A stretch of 64,000 nucleotides of DNA, taken from contig CAWHIJ010000003.1 of the NCBI GenBank assembly GCA_963829525.1, positions 512,001 to 576,000 on the forward strand, in the 5' to 3' direction. Shown here in pieces: positions 28,973 to 39,539 of the stretch (position 1 is the first letter of the stretch; every line of letters starts with the position of its first letter). Below the pieces are notes generated by a model. It ran no database searches, was not told the DNA's origin, and saw only the letters and a list, made by a program, of their open reading frames with translations. Source of the DNA: an uncultured Actinomycetota bacterium. Its GTDB lineage: Bacteria > Actinomycetota > Actinomycetes > JAHEKZ01. Position numbers and translations under genes: made by a program.

Positions 28973-30452
28973 CTAGGGTGTCACCTTGGTGTAGACGACA
29001 TCGGAGGTGTTTCTCGCAGAGCCGGTCCGCGTAAAGAGCAGGCCGAAGTCGTTGCCGGCCGTTGCGATCCCCTGGTAGTCACCGAGGAAGTACCCGCGGG
29101 CAATGGGTGCGTTCTCCATGTCGAACGGCCCCTCGACGTGTGTCTCGGTCCAGTTGCCGGGCGAGGTGCAGTCCGAACTGGAGGCGCATGACGTGAACCA
29201 GTAGTCGGTAGGCAGGCCCGCTGCGGCGTCGTTGTTTCGGAAGTCGTAGTAGGCGACGCCGACGGTGCCATCTTGGGCGACAGCGACGCTCGGTGTGAAG
29301 GCGCTGACGTTGGTTGGGGCATTGTCGATCTTTGTCGGGCGCGCTCCAGGTACGGCCGCCGTCCGTCGACTGCGAGAACGCAACGTGGGAGTAGGCACCG
29401 TTCGCAAATCGGCCGTCCTGCCATACCGCATACAGGTTTCCAGTCGTACGGTCCACAGCAACCTCCGGAATGATGTCTCCGGTGCGTACGGCAGCGCCAG
29501 TGTCGGGGTCTGTCACCTGGACGAACTGCAGGTTGGAGACGATGGTGGCCTTGCTGTCCCAGGTAACGCCCTTGTCGGCGGATCGGATCACCGCGACGTT
29601 GTAGCCGCGGATCTTTCCCTTGTTGTCATTGCGGATCAGGTTGAACAGGTCGACCAGTGTGCCGTTGGGAAGCACCACGATCTGGTTCCCGATCGTCTGG
29701 TTGTGCGTTCCGAGGTTGTAGATGATTCGCGCAGGCTCCCAGGTGTCGCCACCATCGACGGTCCGGGCCAGCAGCGTCGGTCCCCGGTAGCCAGAGGTGT
29801 TCTCCGAGCTCTTCAGCGAGCCCTTGCCTGGGGGTGAGTCGAGCCGGTCCCAGATTGCGTAGACGTAGTTGGAGTCGTAAGGGTCGGCGGTGATGCTGTT
29901 CTTGTCGTTGAAGAGGGACGTGTCGGTGTCGTAAGCGATGAAGGTCGGGCTTCCCCAGATGAGGCCGCCATTGGTTGATCGGCTCACTGACATGCCGGTC
30001 GGAGTGTTCCCGCCGGTTGGCACCTTGGTCTCCACCAATGACATCTGGTAGAGCGTTCCGTTGGGGGAGAAGGTCAACCACGGGTCGCTGGCGCGGGAGA
30101 AGTCAGTGCCGCCGGAACAATAGGTGAGGCCGGGAATCGCTCCGGTCGTGAAGGTTGCCCCACCGTTGAAGCTGGCGCCGAATCCCGAGCCAACAGCCGC
30201 TCCACTCGACCAGCGGTCCTGCTGCCAGCTTCCGACGACGTTGTTTGAGTTGGTGGGGTTGATCGCCAGGGAGGGCTCAAGCTCGGTGTTCAGGAACTTG
30301 GACCCAGGGCCGGTGTCGGTGATGGTGCATCCGGCAAGCGGACTGACGCTTGGGCTGGCCGGAACTACCGTCCCGGGTGTGTAGGCAGCTGCTGCGGCGA
30401 CGCCCATCCCCATGAGCGGCAAGGTGGCGACAACGACGAGAACGCGGCGCAT
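28973..30452 (-). pseudogene. Secreted Asp-box (BNR) sialidase-like beta-propeller protein with a +1 frameshift at ~29338 (possible sequencing error)
   Basis: Signal peptide; STNGGLIW, TVDGGDTW, SADKGVTW, STDGGRTW; join WSAP|TKIDNAP; C-terminal FLGDYQG. Confidence 0.82.
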
Positions 30453-30716
30453 GAGTACTCCCTGAACGAGATGCCTGCGGTGCACGAGGGCTCACCAGCG
30501 AACCACTCGTGGCGTTTGTCGGACTCGGTTTAGCACACTTGAAATGGAGCCACGAGGGTCTTGCATCAACTGTGACTCCGGGTGATCGCTTGATAACCGC
30601 AGCGAGCGTCCGGGTTGTGCCGATATTCGGCGCCGCGCCGCCAGCGGGCTCAAGAAGTTCCTGTACAACCGTTCAGGCCTCGGGCTAGGTTCCAGGCGTC
30701 GACGAAGGGACCCCCC

Positions 30717-32174
30717 ATGAGCTACTCGCGGCGTTACCCACTCATTGCACTCGCGGTCGCCCTGCTTGTCGTGGCGACCTGGATCGTTCTCTCCCGGCCC
30801 TTCTCCGACGAAGGGTCCTCAGCTGCAGTTTCTGCGCTCACGTCGGGAGAGGACCCGGGCGAGCAGGGCGTTGGTGATGCCGAGTTCGAGCGAGGGATGG
30901 CCCGTCAAGAAGCCTCCCAGTCGGTGCCCCTGCGAACGGCGCCCGTCCAGGCCAGTCCTGCGAGCGGATGGGCCGGTTCAACGCGATTTAGCGCGACCGG
31001 CAACGATTGGGAGCCGGCGGTAGCAGCTGCGCCGAACTCGGGCTCGGTGTACGTACTCACCACCCGTTACGGCGGCGCCAAGGCGTGCCGGAGCGCTTGC
31101 CCAGACCCCGCTCTGATCCTTCGGGTCAGCAGCGACTACGGCAAGACATTTGGTTCGGAGTCTTACCTGTGCGCATGCAAGAACGTGAAGGCGCAGAATG
31201 ACCCTGAGATGGTGGTGCTTCCAAATGGGACGGTCTATGCCGCGTGGATGAATGACTGGCGCATCGTCTTCGCGAAGTCAACGGACAAGGGCAAGACCTG
31301 GTCTGCCCCGGTTTCTGTCGTAGGCAATCTCTCCTGGTCGGACAAGCCGATCATGGTCGCGTCGCCGACGGGACAGGACGTGTACATCGCCTTCAACAAG
31401 AGCGATGCCTATGTGGCGGTCTCCCACGACTTCGGGGTGACGTGGACGCAGCAGCTCTCCCAAGCCAATGGCCAGTACCACTTTGCCAACGGCGGTGTGG
31501 TGCTCCCGAACGGTGGTATTGCGTTCGGCGAGGTGGCCTACGCGCAGGATTCGACGGGCCCGTCGACAGTGCAGGTGCACCGGTCAACCGATGGCGGAGT
31601 CACTTGGTCGGTGACCAACGTCGACACGATGCAAGAGATGCCTCATTGCACCTCGGCCGGCTGCGGGATCGACTACTACGGGCCACAAGCTGCGCTCGCT
31701 GCAGACAGCAGTGGTCAGTTGATGATCGCCTACAACGGGAACAGCAGCGCTCTAGCCCCGCAAAGGATGTACACCAGGACATCGACCAATGGTGGGAGTA
31801 CCTGGTCGGCGCGTACCGACGTCACCGGCGTGGCTGGAGCAGGCTCGGGAACCGCTGGGGCAGCGTTCCCTGCAGCTGCGGCGGGAGGAGCCGGAGACTT
31901 CCGGCTGTACTTCATGGATGACCGCAACGGAGCTGCGTCCTGGAACGTGTGGTTCGTCAAAAGCACGAATGGTGGTGGCACTTGGTCGACGCCAGCGCTT
32001 CTGAGTGACGCGACAGCAGGAGCCAGCTACATCAGTGCGAACGGGTTCGCGCAACCGTACGGTGACTACGGTCAACTAGCCGTCCGGGCCGATGGTGGAA
32101 CGATCGCCGTTTGGGGTGAAGGAGTCTCCTACACGGGACCGGGAAATACCTGGATCAACCGCACAACTCCCTAG
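30717..32174 (+). CDS. Secreted or membrane-anchored Asp-box (BNR) sialidase-like protein
   Basis: N-terminal TM helix; six SxDxGxTW-type repeats; YGDYG near the C-terminus. Confidence 0.85.
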   Translation: MSYSRRYPLIALAVALLVVATWIVLSRPFSDEGSSAAVSALTSGEDPGEQGVGDAEFERGMARQEASQSVPLRTAPVQASPASGWAGSTRFSATGNDWEPAVAAAPNSGSVYVLTTRYGGAKACRSACPDPALILRVSSDYGKTFGSESYLCACKNVKAQNDPEMVVLPNGTVYAAWMNDWRIVFAKSTDKGKTWSAPVSVVGNLSWSDKPIMVASPTGQDVYIAFNKSDAYVAVSHDFGVTWTQQLSQANGQYHFANGGVVLPNGGIAFGEVAYAQDSTGPSTVQVHRSTDGGVTWSVTNVDTMQEMPHCTSAGCGIDYYGPQAALAADSSGQLMIAYNGNSSALAPQRMYTRTSTNGGSTWSARTDVTGVAGAGSGTAGAAFPAAAAGGAGDFRLYFMDDRNGAASWNVWFVKSTNGGGTWSTPALLSDATAGASYISANGFAQPYGDYGQLAVRADGGTIAVWGEGVSYTGPGNTWINRTTP

Positions 32175-32187
32175 CGATCCTGCTGGC

Positions 32188-33193
32188 ATGGGAGGGCAGA
32201 CAGCTGACGAACGTCGGACGCCGCAGTCTTCTGAAGGCCGTGGGACTCGTGGGGGCTGCGGGGGGCATCGTTGGATGCACGAGCACGGGGGGCCGCGGTT
32301 CCGCGGATGCCCTGCGACTTGATCCGTCCGTGAGCCCGTCGCCGTCGACGAGTCCCATGGGTGTCGCGCTCCCAAAGCCACAGCCCTGGGTGCCAAGCGC
32401 GAATGACGTTGCCGCTGACGCCAAGGCACGTGCGGTCGGGCTGGTCGAGACCGCAGCCACGTGGGAGTCCGGCAATGGGGGGTTCCAGAACGCCCGTCGT
32501 CGGCTGAACGAGTCAGGGTTCGATGGCGATCTGGTTGACGACCTCGGGTCAGTGCTCGTCGACGGGGTCGAGTCAGTGGCACGCGTCGTCGTGGCCCAGT
32601 ACGGGGGCCTTCTTGCCGACAGCGCATCGGTGCTGGTGGTCGTGGACCAGTGGGTGCTGCGGAGGGATGGGAGGATTCGGGCTGGCGGGACGACACTCGA
32701 CATCCGGCTGGCGGTCGACGAGCCTGAGTGGGCCGTCACGGTTGTGCGGCCAGCTCGACCGGGGCGTGCGGTCGGCGGTCTCTCTCGCGCCGCGCGGCGT
32801 CTACTGGCGAGTACTCGTGTGACCTTGCCGGAAGCTGCCGCGTCGGACATCCGTGCCGGCGAGATCAACGATGTCGTGCTGAACGCGCTCCATTCGCTTT
32901 CAGAACGGCGCCAACTCGATGTCAGCGTCCTCCGTTCAGGGCACCCGGTGCGGGTCTTCGGCACCGACCGGGTGAGCAATCACACCGAGGGAAGGGCCGT
33001 CGACGTGTGGGCCCTCGACGGTCGCCCCATCGTCGACATGAGGGTTGCCCCAGAGCTGACGGAGTTCATGAAGGAGGCCTCGGATGTTGGTGCTTACCAG
33101 GTTGGCGGCCCAACAGACCTCGACGGAGGGGATGCCGTCTACTTCTCGGACGACACCCATCAGGACCACATCCATCTAGGTTTCCCGACCTGA
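32188..33193 (+). CDS. Tat-exported lipoprotein with putative LAS/M15-like metallopeptidase C-terminus; 5' end needs a +1 correction or a CTG start at 32204
   Basis: In-frame upstream of 32240: TNVGRRSLLKAVG...IVGC; C-terminal SNHTEGRAVD and HQDHIH. Confidence 0.65.
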
Positions 33194-33217
33194 CGTGGCC
33201 ACGGTTGCAGCGGGTGC

Positions 33218-34330
33218 TCAGGCCTCGCCCATGACCTTTCGGTAGTACTGGTTGAACTGGTGCACGTAGTCATCCTTGGCCGGGTAGACGCCATGCGCGA
33301 ACCCGCGTGAGGTGATGCCACGTTGCACCCGCGCGGAAACGGCGTAGTCCTGACCGGCTACGAGCTCACAGAAGTCGACAACTGGCTGATGGTCGAAGTC
33401 TGGCTCGGCGATATCCTCTGGAAGGAAGAGGTACTCGGTGAGCACCCGCGTCTGGGTTGGCCCCTCTGGCACCAGGCGGGTTGCTACGACGTTGCTTCCG
33501 GCGACGTCGATGAACATGTTGGGGAACACTTGGCTGCCGTAGATGGAGTGCGCCATCTCGTCGTTCATACCGGGGAGCACTGCCTTTCGTGCGCGCGGGT
33601 CGTCGGAGTAACTGGTACCTCCTGTGATCAGCGCGACACCGCCGTCTTCGCGGCTCCGGTCGCCCGTCATGCCCTTCTTGTAGGTCGGGACGACCTCGAC
33701 AAGCTCCGGGTGCACGATCGGGCAGTGCAGGCACTCGTTGTAGTTCTCGATGATTATCTTCCAGTTTGCTGCGACTACAGACTCAGTGCGGTGCACGGTG
33801 ACCAGGCGGTCCATCTTGTGCTTTTCGAAGCGGAGGGGAGAGTCGTAGTGGGCATCGAGTGCCTCGCGGAGCGGGGTTGGTGTGGTCCGGCTGAGGTTGA
33901 CGAAGAGAAACCCTTGCCAGTCGTCGACGTGAACCGGCTTGAGGCCCAATACCGAGCGGTCCACCTCACCCTCGTCAACGCGTGGTGTGGCGACGAGAGC
34001 TCCGTTCAAGTCGTAGCACCATGCGTGGTACGGGCATTGGAAGACTGCCTTCGTCTCCCCGCGGACGTCGTCACACAGAACTGCGCCACGGTGGCTGCAG
34101 ACGTTGTAGAAGGCCCGAAGCTCGCCCGCGTCGTTGCGCGTGACGAGCACACCCTGTCCGGCAATGTCGATGGTGAGGAACTGCCCCGCAGTAGCCACCT
34201 GGTCGGTGCGTCCAGCGAACACCCACTGCTGGTACCAGAGCTGCTCCTGCTCGACGGCGTACTGCTCGGGTGAGTAGTAGTGGCCAGCAGGCAGGGTGTG
34301 GCGTGCCTCCGTTGGCGCCTCGATGGTCAT
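33218..34330 (-). CDS. Rieske non-heme iron oxygenase alpha subunit (choline monooxygenase/GbcA-like)
   Basis: CSHRG...CPYHAW; NWK, ENYNECLHCPIVH, QD. Confidence 0.92.
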   Translation of the reverse strand: MTIEAPTEARHTLPAGHYYSPEQYAVEQEQLWYQQWVFAGRTDQVATAGQFLTIDIAGQGVLVTRNDAGELRAFYNVCSHRGAVLCDDVRGETKAVFQCPYHAWCYDLNGALVATPRVDEGEVDRSVLGLKPVHVDDWQGFLFVNLSRTTPTPLREALDAHYDSPLRFEKHKMDRLVTVHRTESVVAANWKIIIENYNECLHCPIVHPELVEVVPTYKKGMTGDRSREDGGVALITGGTSYSDDPRARKAVLPGMNDEMAHSIYGSQVFPNMFIDVAGSNVVATRLVPEGPTQTRVLTEYLFLPEDIAEPDFDHQPVVDFCELVAGQDYAVSARVQRGITSRGFAHGVYPAKDDYVHQFNQYYRKVMGEA

Positions 34331-34368
34331 CGTCCCTCCGTCAGGATCGCTTGCCGGGCCTACTCAAG

Positions 34369-34386
34369 TGACTGAACGATCAGTCA
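34369..34386. promoter_or_regulatory. Palindromic operator TGACTGA-N4-TCAGTCA (TetR/BetI-like)
   Basis: Perfect 7-bp inverted repeat just downstream of the minus-strand -10 TATCCT (34394-34399). Confidence 0.7.
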
Positions 34387-34487
34387 GTGAAGCAGGATAC
34401 CGCGACACCCAGGTCCTGGGGAAGAAGGCGGGGACGCTCACCCAGGTGGTGTCGTAGGGTCGTTCGGACTGAGGGCGGGAGCGCCGG

Positions 34488-35729
34488 GTGGACGTCGTGG
34501 TGGTCGGGGCGGGTATCGGTGGGCTCACGGCTGCCCTCAGCCTCCATGCCGCCGGACTTGACCGGGTGCAACTGCTCGAGTCGGCGACCCGGATCCAACC
34601 ACTTGGTGTGGGGATCAACGTGCTCCCGCACGCGGTCCGGGAGCTGACCGAGCTGGGCCTGGCGGACGCTCTGGACAAGATCGGCGTCGCCACGGCCGAG
34701 CTGGCGTACTACGACCGCCACGGAAGCAGGATCTGGTCCGAACCGCGCGGTCTCGATGCCGGTTACCACTGGCCTCAGTACTCAGTGCATCGCGGCCACC
34801 TCCAGATGCTCCTCCTCGACACCGTTCGGGAACGACTCGGGGCAGATGCGGTGACTTGTGGCGCCAGGGTGCGCTGGGTGAGTAGTGACGACGAAGGGGC
34901 CACCGTCATCTGGGGTGACCTCGACCAGCCCCGGCAGACGCGGGCAGATGTCGTGGTCGCCGCCGACGGGATCCACTCGGCGGTGCGCGCAGAGCGGCAC
35001 CCCGACGAAGGATCACCGATCTGGAACGGGTCCGTGCTCTGGCGCGGCACCTCGTACGCGTCCCCCTTCCTGACCGGCCGAAGCATGATCATGGCCGGTC
35101 ATCGTGACCTGAAGTTCGTGGCGTATCCGATTGGGCCGGTCCGCGACGGCGTCCAGCTGATCAACTGGATCGCCGAACGTCGAGCGCCTGACGAGTACTT
35201 CGCCCCCGAGGACTGGAACCGCGAGGTGGACACGGAGGTCTTCGCCGACCACTTCAAGCAGTGGCGATTCCCTTGGCTTGACGTCCCACAGCTCATCTCG
35301 ACCGCCTCCACCGTCCTGGAGTACCCGATGGTCGACCGCCCGCCGTTGGATGACTGGACCGAAGGAAGGGTGACCCTTCTGGGCGACGCCGCACATCCGA
35401 CTTTTCCGATCGGGTCCAACGGTTCATCCCAGGCCATCTTGGACGCCCGCGTCCTGGCCAGCTGCTTGGCGTCGTACCCCGTGGACGAGGGCCTTCGGCG
35501 TTACGTGGACCTCCGGCTTCCACCGACGCGGGCCCTGCAGCAGGCGAACCGCTCGATGGGACCGGAGATCGTCATGCAGCTTGCGCACGAGCGGGCGCCA
35601 GAGGGATTCGCCACCGCCCACGACGTGTTCGCTCCGGGTGAGCTGGCAGGGCTGGCCGCCGAGTACAAGCGGGTGGCGGGGTTCCTCCCCGACGAGCTCA
35701 ATGACCGCGCTTCGTGGAGTGTCCGGTGA
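34488..35729 (+). CDS. Flavin-dependent monooxygenase, PhzS-like family
   Basis: GAGIGG, PLGVGIN, WSEPRG, HRGHLQ, ADGIHS, YPMVDR, GDAAH. Confidence 0.88.
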   Translation: MDVVVVGAGIGGLTAALSLHAAGLDRVQLLESATRIQPLGVGINVLPHAVRELTELGLADALDKIGVATAELAYYDRHGSRIWSEPRGLDAGYHWPQYSVHRGHLQMLLLDTVRERLGADAVTCGARVRWVSSDDEGATVIWGDLDQPRQTRADVVVAADGIHSAVRAERHPDEGSPIWNGSVLWRGTSYASPFLTGRSMIMAGHRDLKFVAYPIGPVRDGVQLINWIAERRAPDEYFAPEDWNREVDTEVFADHFKQWRFPWLDVPQLISTASTVLEYPMVDRPPLDDWTEGRVTLLGDAAHPTFPIGSNGSSQAILDARVLASCLASYPVDEGLRRYVDLRLPPTRALQQANRSMGPEIVMQLAHERAPEGFATAHDVFAPGELAGLAAEYKRVAGFLPDELNDRASWSVR

Positions 35730-36142
35730 CACCGATCGCGGCGCCTCGGCTGCGATGGGTAGCGCACGCCGCAGTTGAGGTCGGTGCCCCTATTCCGCTG
35801 GATGTGGTGCCCGATGGGCGTCGGCAACTGATTCCGGTCCGAGGTGGTCGGGTAACCGGTGAGTGGAACGGCACCATCCTCGACGGCGGCGCAGATCGGC
35901 AAACCGTCCACGACGACGGGTCGGTCACCATCGATGCCCGCTACCCGGTGCAGATCGGCGACGGGACCACGGTGACCTTCATCGCCAGAGGGGTCCGGCT
36001 CGTTGGTGGTGGGGATGGTGCTTTCTCAACCTCGCTGCTGCTCGAGGGTGCGGCCCCGGAGGGCATAGGAGCCACCGTCTATCTCGCAACGGGGTGCAAG
36101 GGTGTCGGGGCGGTCGAGTTCGACATCTTCGAGGTGGCATGA
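35726..36142 (+). CDS. DUF3237 family protein
   Basis: GRRQLIPVRGG, ILDGGAD, IDARY; GTGA overlap with the upstream gene. Confidence 0.8.
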   Translation: MTPIAAPRLRWVAHAAVEVGAPIPLDVVPDGRRQLIPVRGGRVTGEWNGTILDGGADRQTVHDDGSVTIDARYPVQIGDGTTVTFIARGVRLVGGGDGAFSTSLLLEGAAPEGIGATVYLATGCKGVGAVEFDIFEVA

Positions 36143-36609
36143 CAGACACGTCAGACGCACCACCGATGACGCTCGTCTTCACCATCGACGTGTCGGTACA
36201 GGCGCCGGTGCTTCTGGCAGACTCGTCCGCAGGCCGACGTGTCTTCATCCCCATCGTCGGAGGCACTGTTCGCGGCTCCAGCCTGCGGGGCGAGATTCTC
36301 GCCGGAGGCGGAGACTGGGCGGTCGAGCGCCCCAGCGGGGTGATGGACATCCACGCGCACTACCTGATCCGCTCCGACGACGGCGTTGTGATCGAGGTCG
36401 ACAACAGGGGTCACTGGCGCGAAGTGCCAGGCGAGTCACCGTACTTCGTGACGACGCCGGTCTTCTCCGTGGGTTCCGACCGGTACCGGTGGCTCACGCA
36501 CCATGTCTTCATCGGCATGATGCACGAGGTCGATGAGACACGCATCATGATCGATGTCTACGCTGCCGAGCCGCCGAGGAACGTGGGCGGCACGGATGTC
36601 GACACATGA
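36139..36609 (+). CDS. DUF3237 family protein (second copy)
   Basis: GRRVFIPIVGG, ILAGGGDW, YFVTTPVF, YRWL; ATGA overlap. Confidence 0.85.
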   Translation: MTDTSDAPPMTLVFTIDVSVQAPVLLADSSAGRRVFIPIVGGTVRGSSLRGEILAGGGDWAVERPSGVMDIHAHYLIRSDDGVVIEVDNRGHWREVPGESPYFVTTPVFSVGSDRYRWLTHHVFIGMMHEVDETRIMIDVYAAEPPRNVGGTDVDT

Positions 36610-38091
36610 CCGGCACGCTGCCTGAGCTGTTCGCCACCCGGGCGCCAGACCCCTCTCGACCCTTCCTGCGCGAGGCTCGAGGTGGCGTCGCGCAGCTATC
36701 TCGATCTCGAGACGGAAGTCTCCCGCTGGGCGGGTGGACTGGTGGCGTCCGGCGTTTGCCCGGGTGACCGAGTCGTCTACCAGGTCGAGAAGTCGCCGGC
36801 GGTGCTGACGCTGCACCTGGCACTCCTCCGGTGTGGCGCAGTCCAGGTGCCGGTCAACCCCGCCTACGCGGACAGCGAAGTGGCCGCCCTTTTGGTCGAT
36901 GCGGATCCGGCGCTGGTGATTCGTGATCCCGCAAGGGTGGTGCTTCCCGGCGAGTGGCAATCGCTCACGCTTGATGCGAGTGGCAATGGGAGCGCATGCG
37001 AGCTGGCGAGCGACGCCGACATCGCGATGCCGGCGCTTGATTCAGCTGATGGCGCGGCACTGCTCTACACGTCGGGAACGACGGGACGCCCTAAAGGTGC
37101 GCTGCTGACGCACTCAAACCTTGTCTGCAACGCCAAGACGCTGGTCGACGCATGGGGTTTCAGCAAAGAGGACGTGCTGCTGCACATTCTGCCGCTCTTC
37201 CACACGCACGGACTCTTCGTCGCCACTCACTGTGTGCTGGCAAGCGGGGCTTCGATGGTGTTTCTTCCAGCCTTCGATGTCTCGCAGATCGTGGAGGAAC
37301 TACCGCGGTGCTCGGTGCTGATGGGCGTCCCCACGCACTACTCACGGCTGCTGGCCGATGATCGCTTCAACGCGAGCCGGGTCCGTGGCATGCGTCTCTT
37401 TGTCTCGGGCTCGGCACCGATGACCCCCGCTCTGCACTCGGCGTTCGAGGCGCAGACCGGACGGACTGTTCTGGAACGCTACGGAATGACCGAGACGTCC
37501 ATGCTCACGTCGAATCCACTCGATGGTGTTCGCAAGCCGGGAAGCGTTGGTCCACCGCTCCCGGGGGTCGCCGTGCGGGTCGTCGACGACGAGGAGACGC
37601 CCATGGTCACGGGATCTGTCGGGCACGTACAGGTGCGGGGGCCCAATGTCTTTGGCGGCTACTGGCGGCGTCCAGATCTGGCTGATGAAACCTTCACCGA
37701 GGACGGATGGTTCCGGACCGGTGATCTCGGCGCTTTCGACTCCGACGGCTATCTCGAGCTAGTGGGCCGGTCGAAGGACCTGGTGATCTCGGGTGGTCTG
37801 AACGTTTACCCGCGGGATGTCGAGGATGTACTGGACGCGCTTGTGGGAGTTCAGGAGTCTGCAGTCTTCGGCGTCCCCGACCGGGACCTCGGCGAACGGC
37901 TCGTTGCGGTGGTCGTCGCCGACGATGGCGTTGCTCTTGACCCAGAAACGCTGAGAGCTGCGTCCCGCGAGCAGTTGGCCGGCTACCAGGTTCCCAAGAA
38001 GATCACCATTGTCGAATCCCTGCCGCGCAACGCGATGGGAAAGGTGGAGAAGGGCGCTCTTCGTGAGGCGGCAAGGGGATGGATGACGTGA
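36606..38091 (+). CDS. MatB-like acyl-CoA synthetase; the ATG at 36606 joins the main ORF only via a +1 frameshift near 36690
   Basis: MTGTLPELF...RPFLRE then SYLDLE; YTSGTTGRPKG, ERYGMTET, PRNAMGKV. Confidence 0.82.
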
Positions 38092-39512
38092 GCCACGCAG
38101 AGAGGGCGAGGCTGTTCGACTATTCCGCGCTCGCGCTGAGTGATGCCATTCGGCGCCGTGAGCTCTCCTGCGTCGAGGTGGTGGGTGCCCATCTTGACCG
38201 GATCGACGCTATCGATGAGAGGTTCCATGCGTTCATCAGTCGACGGCCCCGTGACGAGATCCTGAAGGAGGCCTCCGAGCGCGACGGCGATCTGGACCGG
38301 GGTACGTGGCGTGGCTGGATGCACGGTCTACCTCATGCGGTGAAGGACCTAGCGGCTGTCCGGGGGCTACCGACGACGTCCGGCTTCCATCCACCAGCAG
38401 GCACCCCTGCGGCCGAACATGACGACCCGTTCGTAGCCAGGATCCGGGAGTCCGGAGCGGTCTTCATCGGTAAGACCAACACCCCCGAGTTCGGCTTGGG
38501 GTCGCACACCTACAACGCGATTGGACCGACCACAGGCAATGTCGTCGATCCAGCGCTGAGTGCTGGAGGCAGCAGCGGCGGAGCAGCAGTGGGAGTCGCG
38601 TCAGGGATGGTTCCCGTTGCAGACGGGAGTGACTTCATGGGGTCGCTGCGCAATCCGCCTGGTTGGAACGGCGTCTTGGGGCTGCGTCCGTCACCCGGCG
38701 TCATCCTCGGCTCTGGGGAGAACCCGGTTTCGCCGGGTCTCGGGGTCGATGGCCCTATCGCTCGGTCAGTAGGCGATCTATCGGCCTTGCTCGTCACCAT
38801 GGCTGAGCCGGGCATGTTCGCCCAGCACGACGCTCCACACGAGACCTGGCCGCCACGGGTGGGCTGGCTCGGTGACCTGGATGGCTACCTGCCGTTCGAG
38901 GATGGCGTCCTGGAGACCTGCAGGGAGGCGCTGCATCACTGGTCGCCGACAGCAGAAGAGGTCTTGCTGCCGGCCGCCGGCGTCTATCAGGGCACCAGCC
39001 AGCTGTGGCCGACATGGCTGACGTTGCGCCATCTGGAGGTGGGTTCGTGGCTGGCGTCGGAGTTCACCGATGACGAGATCAGCCGCATGAAGCCCGAGGC
39101 GTGGTGGGAGTTGGAAGGATTCCGAGCCTTGGCCAACAGACAGGTGAACTACGCGCGGCAGGTGCAACACGATCTGAGGCGCGCAGTTCTCGCCATGCTC
39201 GACCGGTTCGATCTGCTGGCGCTTCCGACTGCACAATGCTGGCCGTTCAGGGCAAGTCAGCACTGGCCTTCTGCGATCGCGGGCGTGGCGATGGATACCT
39301 ATCACCGGTGGATGGAAGTGACAACGCTCGCGACTCTTGCGGGCTGTCCGGTGATCGTGGTGCCGGCTGGGGTCAACGAAGCTGGCCTGCATATTGGGCT
39401 GCAGCTCATCGGGCGTCCTGGCGACGAACTGGGTCTGCTCTCGTGGGCGGAGCAGGCTGAGCGACGCGAGATCTTCACGGTTGCCCCACCGTCCCAGGTG
39501 TCACGACCTTGA
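38088..39512 (+). CDS. Amidase signature family enzyme
   Basis: AVKDL, GKTNTPEFG, GGSSGG, GSDFMGSLRNP. Confidence 0.92.
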   Translation: MSHAERARLFDYSALALSDAIRRRELSCVEVVGAHLDRIDAIDERFHAFISRRPRDEILKEASERDGDLDRGTWRGWMHGLPHAVKDLAAVRGLPTTSGFHPPAGTPAAEHDDPFVARIRESGAVFIGKTNTPEFGLGSHTYNAIGPTTGNVVDPALSAGGSSGGAAVGVASGMVPVADGSDFMGSLRNPPGWNGVLGLRPSPGVILGSGENPVSPGLGVDGPIARSVGDLSALLVTMAEPGMFAQHDAPHETWPPRVGWLGDLDGYLPFEDGVLETCREALHHWSPTAEEVLLPAAGVYQGTSQLWPTWLTLRHLEVGSWLASEFTDDEISRMKPEAWWELEGFRALANRQVNYARQVQHDLRRAVLAMLDRFDLLALPTAQCWPFRASQHWPSAIAGVAMDTYHRWMEVTTLATLAGCPVIVVPAGVNEAGLHIGLQLIGRPGDELGLLSWAEQAERREIFTVAPPSQVSRP

Positions 39513-39539
39513 CGCGAAGCAACCCAGTCTCGCTGCGCC

